DNA of 64,000 nucleotides. Source: an uncultured Gemmatimonadales bacterium. GTDB taxonomy: Bacteria > Gemmatimonadota > Gemmatimonadetes > Gemmatimonadales > GWC2-71-9. Position 1 is the stretch's first letter; each line of letters begins with the position of its first letter. The stretch lies in the NCBI GenBank assembly GCA_963730185.1, contig CAVSQW010000007.1, forward strand, positions 352,001-416,000, given 5' to 3'. The notes beneath the pieces are model-generated. The model made no database searches. It was given only the letters and a program-made list of their open reading frames with translations, and had not been told where the DNA came from. Both the position numbers and the translations under genes were made by a program. This document shows positions 58,847-64,000 of this stretch, piece by piece.

Positions 58847-59018
58847 GGGGATGGGGAGGGACGGAGAGGGATGGGGGAGACGGGGAGGCCGCCCCACGCC
58901 CCGCCGCCCCCACCACCCCCCCACCCGCCACCCCCACCCACCCAGTTCCCGGCCCCCCCTCCCCGTCTCCCCCCATCCCTCCCCATCCCACCCAACCCTC
59001 CTCTTGCCCTCCCGTCCC
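58847..59018. repeat. Purine-rich about 10-nt repeats with inverted pyrimidine-rich copies
   Basis: GGGATGGGGA/GGGACGGAGA/GGGATGGGGGAGACGGGGAGG versus CCTCCCCGTCTCCCCCCATCCCTCCCCATCCC. Confidence 0.75.
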
Positions 59019-59031
59019 GCGCAGCCTATAT

Positions 59032-60912
59032 ATGGCCCGCCTAAGGGGGCCCAACGCTGTGCCGATTCGTAACATCGCCATCATCGCCCACGTCGATCAC
59101 GGGAAGACCACCCTGGTAGACCAGATGCTTCGCCAGGCCGGGGTCTTCCGGGTCAACGAGCAGGTCGCCGAGCGGGTGATGGACTCGAATCCCATCGAGC
59201 GGGAGCGCGGGATCACGATTCTGGCCAAGAACACGGCGGTGCGCTGGGGCGAGACCAAGATCAACATCGTCGACACCCCCGGCCACGCCGATTTCGGGGG
59301 CGAAGTGGAGCGGATCCTCCGGATGGTCGACGGGGTCCTGATCCTGGTCGACGCCGCCGAAGGCCCGATGCCGCAGACCCGGTTCGTGACCCGGAAGGCG
59401 CTGGGTCTGGGCCTCCGGCCGATCGTGGCGATCAACAAGATCGACCGGGCCGACGCGGAGCCGCTCCGGGTGCACGACGAGGTGCTCGGCCTGTTCATCG
59501 ATCTCGAGGCGACCCACGAGCAGCTGGACGCCCCTTTCCTGTACACCTCGAGCCGGTTCGGCACGGCCACGGCCGATATCGACCAGCCCGGAACCGACCT
59601 CACGCCCCTGTTCGAGGCCATTCTGAGCCACGTGTCGCCTCCCTCGGGCGATGCCGAGGGGCCGTTTCAGATGTTGATCTCGACCCTCGACTACTCGCCC
59701 TTCCTCGGCCGGCTCGGGATCGGCCGGATCGAGCGCGGCCGGGTTCGGGTCGGTGACCCGGTGGCGCTCCTGCCGCTCGGTGAGCCCGGCCCGGTGAGCG
59801 CCGAGGAGATCGAGCGGAGCCGGATCACCAAGCTGTTCACCTTCGACGGGCTGCACCGGATCGACGTCGAGGAGGCGTCGGCGGGCGACATCGTCGTGGT
59901 ATCGGGGTTCGACGGCATCGAGATCGGCAAGACGCTCACCAGCCCCGAGCATCCCGACCGGCTGGCTGGGATCGCGGTGGAAGAGCCGACCATCTCCGCC
60001 GACTTCGCGGTCAACAACTCGCCCTTCGCCGGTCGCGAGGGCAAGTTCGTGACCAGCCGCCAGGTCCGGGAGCGCCTCTTCCGCGAGCTGGAGCGGAACG
60101 TCGCCCTCCGGGTCGAGGAAACCCCGTCGCCCGATACGCTCGCCGTGAGCGGCCGGGGCGAGCTCCATCTCGGCATCCTGATGGAGAACATGCGGCGGGA
60201 GGGCTACGAGTTCCAAGTGTCCCGGCCGAGGGTCATCATCAAGGAAGGTCCCGGGAGAGTGCGGCTGGAGCCCTACGAGGAGCTCATGATCGACGTCGCC
60301 GAGGAGTACATGGGCGCGGTCATGGAGAAGCTCGGTCCCCGGCGGGCCGAGCTGACCGAGATGCGGAACCCGGGGCAGGGGTCGGTCCGGATGATGTTCA
60401 AGATCCCGGCCCGCGGGCTCTTCGGGTACCGGTCGGACTTCCTGACCGATACCCGCGGTACCGGCACGATTCATCACCGGTACCTGGAGTACGGACCTTG
60501 GGCGGGTCCTCTGGCCGGCCGGAAGCGCGGGGTGCTGGTGGCCGACCGGGAGGCCACCACGGTCGCCTTCGCGCTGGGCAACCTGCAGGAACGAGCTCAG
60601 ATGTTCGTCCGCCCGGGCGACGAGGTCTACGAGGGGATGGTCGTGGGCGAAAACGCCCGCCCGGACGACATGGACGTGAACGTGGGCAAGGAAAAGAAGC
60701 TCACCAACATGCGGACCACGTCGTCGGACGAGAACGTCACCCTCGAGCCACCCCGGGAGATCACCCTCGAGTACGCCCTGGAGTACATCGAGGACGACGA
60801 GCTGATCGAAGTCACCCCCAAGAGCGTCCGGCTCCGCAAGCGGGTGCTCTCTCAGATGGACCGGCGACGCGCGGCCCGGGCGGCCGCTCGGGTTGCGAGC
60901 GTGTCGTCCTGA
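59032..60912 (+). CDS. typA: Translational GTPase TypA/BipA
   Basis: IRNIAIIAHVDHGKTTLVD, DTPGHADFGGEVER, GRGELHL, KKLTNMR; alternative GTG start at 59059. Confidence 0.97.
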   Translation: MARLRGPNAVPIRNIAIIAHVDHGKTTLVDQMLRQAGVFRVNEQVAERVMDSNPIERERGITILAKNTAVRWGETKINIVDTPGHADFGGEVERILRMVDGVLILVDAAEGPMPQTRFVTRKALGLGLRPIVAINKIDRADAEPLRVHDEVLGLFIDLEATHEQLDAPFLYTSSRFGTATADIDQPGTDLTPLFEAILSHVSPPSGDAEGPFQMLISTLDYSPFLGRLGIGRIERGRVRVGDPVALLPLGEPGPVSAEEIERSRITKLFTFDGLHRIDVEEASAGDIVVVSGFDGIEIGKTLTSPEHPDRLAGIAVEEPTISADFAVNNSPFAGREGKFVTSRQVRERLFRELERNVALRVEETPSPDTLAVSGRGELHLGILMENMRREGYEFQVSRPRVIIKEGPGRVRLEPYEELMIDVAEEYMGAVMEKLGPRRAELTEMRNPGQGSVRMMFKIPARGLFGYRSDFLTDTRGTGTIHHRYLEYGPWAGPLAGRKRGVLVADREATTVAFALGNLQERAQMFVRPGDEVYEGMVVGENARPDDMDVNVGKEKKLTNMRTTSSDENVTLEPPREITLEYALEYIEDDELIEVTPKSVRLRKRVLSQMDRRRAARAAARVASVSS

Positions 60913-60945
60913 TTGACCCTCACTCTAAGGAAGGCGGGAGCGCAC

Positions 60946-61155
60946 ATGTCGGCCCTGGTGGTGGCGTCGTACGAGCAGGTTGAGATGCGCCGTCGAAGCG
61001 ACGACGAGGAGGAATTCGACGACGGCTTCACCTTCGACGATGACGACGAAGACGAGGACGAGGAGCTCGACGAGGACGACGAGTTCGAGGACGACGACGA
61101 CTACGACGAGGACGACGACTTCGACGGCGACTCCGACGACGACGACGACCGCTAG
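60946..61155 (+). CDS. Small polyacidic protein
   Basis: AAGGAAGGCGGGAG RBS; 69 aa, last 51 residues contain 39 Asp/Glu. Confidence 0.7.
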   Translation: MSALVVASYEQVEMRRRSDDEEEFDDGFTFDDDDEDEDEELDEDDEFEDDDDYDEDDDFDGDSDDDDDR

Positions 61156-61194
61156 GCGCGTCGAGCGGCCGGGCGCCTCCCGGGAGCTCGGCCG

Positions 61195-61650
61195 GTGAGT
61201 GGCCGGGTCCCGCGGGCGGTGCTGACGACCGCCGCCGCCGCCCTTTGGCTCGCCTGCTCGCCCGCCGCCCCCCCGGCCTCCTCAGCGTCCGACGGCACGC
61301 TCCGACTCGACTGGTCCGGGGCGTCGCCCGCCGGAGCCCGGTATCGAGTCGAGGTCCGAATCGATGGCGACGTCGGTTTCGTCGACACCGCCCGGGCGCC
61401 TGCCGGGGTGGTGGCGGTCCGGCGTGACCTCGCCCTCCCGGCCGGCACCCATTCCGTCAACGTCGCGATGACCAGACTCCAATCCGCCGCTCCGACCGGA
61501 GAGGCCGTTCCCCTGACCGGCCCATCGGCCGCCCTCCCGGATACCCTCCAATACGCCGGGCTCGTCACCCTGGCCCCGGGCGAGGTGGCGGTGATGAGCT
61601 ACGAGCCCCGCCGCCGGTGGCTCATGGTCCGTCGGCCCGGAGCCGGTTGA
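61195..61650 (+). CDS. Hypothetical lipoprotein
   Basis: Hydrophobic signal ending WLAC; beta-rich domain; stop 1 nt before ctaA start. Confidence 0.65.
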   Translation: MSGRVPRAVLTTAAAALWLACSPAAPPASSASDGTLRLDWSGASPAGARYRVEVRIDGDVGFVDTARAPAGVVAVRRDLALPAGTHSVNVAMTRLQSAAPTGEAVPLTGPSAALPDTLQYAGLVTLAPGEVAVMSYEPRRRWLMVRRPGAG

Positions 61651-61651
61651 C

Positions 61652-62731
61652 GTGTCGTTCGATCGCCGCCGCCGCCTGACCGGTCTCTGGCTCGCCGGCT
61701 GGGCCGTGATGGTGCTCTTCACGGTCGTGATCGGGGGCGTGACCCGGCTCACCAACTCGGGACTCTCGATCACCGAGTGGCGGCCGGTAAGCGGGGTGAT
61801 CCCCCCGCTCTCGACCGCGGCCTGGGAGGCCGAGTTCGCCAAGTACCAGGCGATCCCGGAGTACCGGATCGAGAATCCGGACATGACCCTGGCCGGGTTC
61901 AAGCGGATCTACCTGGTGGAGTTCGTCCACCGCTTCTGGGCCCGCCTGGTCGGAATGGTCCTGGCGGTTCCGCTGTTGATCGGCCTGGCCCGCAAGTGGT
62001 TCGAGCCTCCCATCCGGAACCGGCTGATCGGGATCGTCGCGCTCACCGGCCTCCAGGGCGCGATGGGCTGGTACATGGTGAAGAGCGGTCTGACCGTCCG
62101 GACCGACGTGAGCCAGTATCGCCTCGCCGCGCACCTCACTCTGGCGCTGGTCATCTTCGCGGTGACGGTCTGGACCGCGGCGGACTTGCTGGGCTCGCGA
62201 ACCGCCCCGCCGGTCGGCAAGGGGCTCCGGCGCCACGCCCTCCTGACACCGGCGCTGGTGCTGCTCACGGCCCTGGCCGGGGCGTTCGTCGCCGGGCTCG
62301 ACGCCGGCAAGGTGTACAACGAGTTCCCGCTGATGGCCGGGCGGCTGGTGCCGGCCGGCTACCTCGCGATGCGGCCCTGGTACCGGAACTTCTTCGAGAA
62401 CGTCGCCACGGTGCAGTTCGACCACCGACTCCTCGCGACCCTGACCGCCCTGGCGGTGCTGGCCCTGGCCCTCCGTCTCTGGCGAGCCGGGGCCGCCCGA
62501 GCCCTGGCCCTGCTGCTCGGCCTGGCCGTGGCGGGCCAGTTCACGCTCGGGCTCCTGACCCTGCTCTGGTCGGTGCCGGTCCCGATCGCGGCCTGCCACC
62601 AGGCGGGTGCCGTGCTCCTCTTCGGGCTGAGCCTCCTCGTGGCCCATCGGGTGACCCGGGACGAGGTCCCGGTGCCGGCGCCCCGGCAGGCGGAGCAGTC
62701 CGGCCTGGCCCGCCGACCGGTCAACGCCTGA
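61652..62731 (+). CDS. ctaA: Heme A synthase (COX15/CtaA type 2)
   Basis: GGVTRLTNSGLSITEW, EFVHRFWAR, QGAMGWYMV, YRLAAHL, QFDHR, HQ. Confidence 0.93.
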   Translation: MSFDRRRRLTGLWLAGWAVMVLFTVVIGGVTRLTNSGLSITEWRPVSGVIPPLSTAAWEAEFAKYQAIPEYRIENPDMTLAGFKRIYLVEFVHRFWARLVGMVLAVPLLIGLARKWFEPPIRNRLIGIVALTGLQGAMGWYMVKSGLTVRTDVSQYRLAAHLTLALVIFAVTVWTAADLLGSRTAPPVGKGLRRHALLTPALVLLTALAGAFVAGLDAGKVYNEFPLMAGRLVPAGYLAMRPWYRNFFENVATVQFDHRLLATLTALAVLALALRLWRAGAARALALLLGLAVAGQFTLGLLTLLWSVPVPIAACHQAGAVLLFGLSLLVAHRVTRDEVPVPAPRQAEQSGLARRPVNA

Positions 62732-62883
62732 GCCCTGAGCGCTCCCTCCGGAAGGGAGTCGGCCCGGCCTGAGACACCGCTCGGCGGCCCGCTCGAACCG
62801 CTCACCCCGAATCGGCCGGCCGCCCGAATCCGCCGGCTCCCCCCACCCGTCGGGCTCCCGATCTCAACCGACCGGGAGTCCCC

Positions 62884-64000
62884 ATGCGTCTCGCTCCGTT
62901 CGCGCTGTTGACCGCCCTGCTGGTGCCCTCGTGGCTCCGGCCCTCGCCGCCGCTCGATGCCGGTTCGCTGGTCGACTCGGCGCTCGCCGCCATGGGAGGG
63001 CGCGAGCGCCTCGCCGCCATGACCTCGCTCCGGCTCGAAGGGGCTCAGCACGAGTATGTCCTCGGCAACGCGGAGCGGCCGGAGGGTCCCTGGCGGACCC
63101 AGTACCGCCGGTTCGCCGAGCTCCGGGCCCTGGACCGGGGCTGGATGCGCCGGACCGTGGTCAACATGGCGGCGCCGCCGGGATCGCCCGGCGCGGTCGA
63201 CGTGGTGTCGATCCTGCGCGACTCGCTCCTGGCTCGCCGGGTCGCCGGGCGGGAGGGTCCCAGCTACGCCGGCTTCTACGAGGACGATCTCGACGGCCTC
63301 GATGCCTCGCCGGCCCAGTCGCTCCTGCTGGCCGGCCGGGCGGAGCGGCTGCGGGTGGAGGCGCCGGTGGAGCGCTACGGAATCCGGCACGACGTCGTCT
63401 CCTTTCCGCACGGGACCGGGTCGATGCGGATCGAGCTCAGCGCCGAGACCCACCTTCCCGACGCCGTCGAGATCCGGCGGGTCTATCGCGAGGCCATTCG
63501 TCGAGTCCCGTTCGGCGACGTGACGGTGCGCTTCGAGTACCTCGACTGGACCGTCGAGGCTGACGGCCTGGTCTGGCCCCGGCAGCTCCGGCAGTTCGTC
63601 AACGGCGAGCTCCTCCGCGACGTGAGCCTGAGCCGGGTCTCGCCGGATGCGCCGGCGCCGGCGGACTCCTTCGCCATCGGCGACTCGCTGCCCGGGCTCT
63701 GGGCCAGCCAGATCGAGAACTCCCGGGCCCGCTTTCGACTCGGGAGCCGGGGGACGCTCCCCGATCTCGCCGATGGCATCGTCCGGTACCAGGACTTCTG
63801 GACCATGACCGCGGTGCACCAGCCGGACGGCGTGGTGCTGTTCGAGGCCCACCTGAGCGGCGACTATCTGGACCAGGTCATCGCCGACCTCGAGCGCCGC
63901 TGGCCCAACCTTCCCCTCAAGGCGATCGTGCTCACCTCCGACCCCTGGGCCCACATCGGCGGGGTGCGCGAGGCGGTGGCCCGCGGGATTCCGATCTATG
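62884..64000 (+). CDS. Secreted protein with C-terminal metallo-beta-lactamase-like fold (partial, runs off right edge)
   Basis: Open frame from ATG 62884 to the end: signal peptide, ALAAMGGRERL, then VVLFEAH...PLKAIVLTSDPWAHIGGVREAVARGIPIY. Confidence 0.8.
   Translation, partial: MRLAPFALLTALLVPSWLRPSPPLDAGSLVDSALAAMGGRERLAAMTSLRLEGAQHEYVLGNAERPEGPWRTQYRRFAELRALDRGWMRRTVVNMAAPPGSPGAVDVVSILRDSLLARRVAGREGPSYAGFYEDDLDGLDASPAQSLLLAGRAERLRVEAPVERYGIRHDVVSFPHGTGSMRIELSAETHLPDAVEIRRVYREAIRRVPFGDVTVRFEYLDWTVEADGLVWPRQLRQFVNGELLRDVSLSRVSPDAPAPADSFAIGDSLPGLWASQIENSRARFRLGSRGTLPDLADGIVRYQDFWTMTAVHQPDGVVLFEAHLSGDYLDQVIADLERRWPNLPLKAIVLTSDPWAHIGGVREAVARGIPIY

Overview
High-GC (about 70% by eye) bacterial chromosomal segment. 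Gene content and order suggest Gemmatimonadota (inference). It holds about 56 protein-coding genes and I see no rRNA, tRNA, CRISPR array, transposase or integrase. Housekeeping genes include uvrA, pckA, ftsE/ftsX/envC, waaF, lepA, mfd, two parvulin PPIases (one SurA-like), pdxA, typA and ctaA, alongside many transporters and Ser/Thr phospho-signalling proteins (two PP2C phosphatases, a degenerate SpoIIE-like protein, a triple-FHA protein and stand-alone receivers). The most notable feature is a STAS+HATPase kinase / STAS+winged-helix gene pair (38778-40219). It has the architecture of the CapK/CapS regulators known from immune operons, but it sits inside a housekeeping lepA-waaF-ROK-PfkB-[pair]-metB-like-ftsEX-envC operon. 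Other observations: TANNNT -10 boxes directly before many start codons (probable leaderless mRNAs), two sigma54-type promoters driving orphan secreted proteins, a decayed endonuclease IV fragment, a degenerate GGDEF protein with an intact I-site, and a 69-aa polyacidic protein after typA. Four genes carry small indels that look like sequencing errors.
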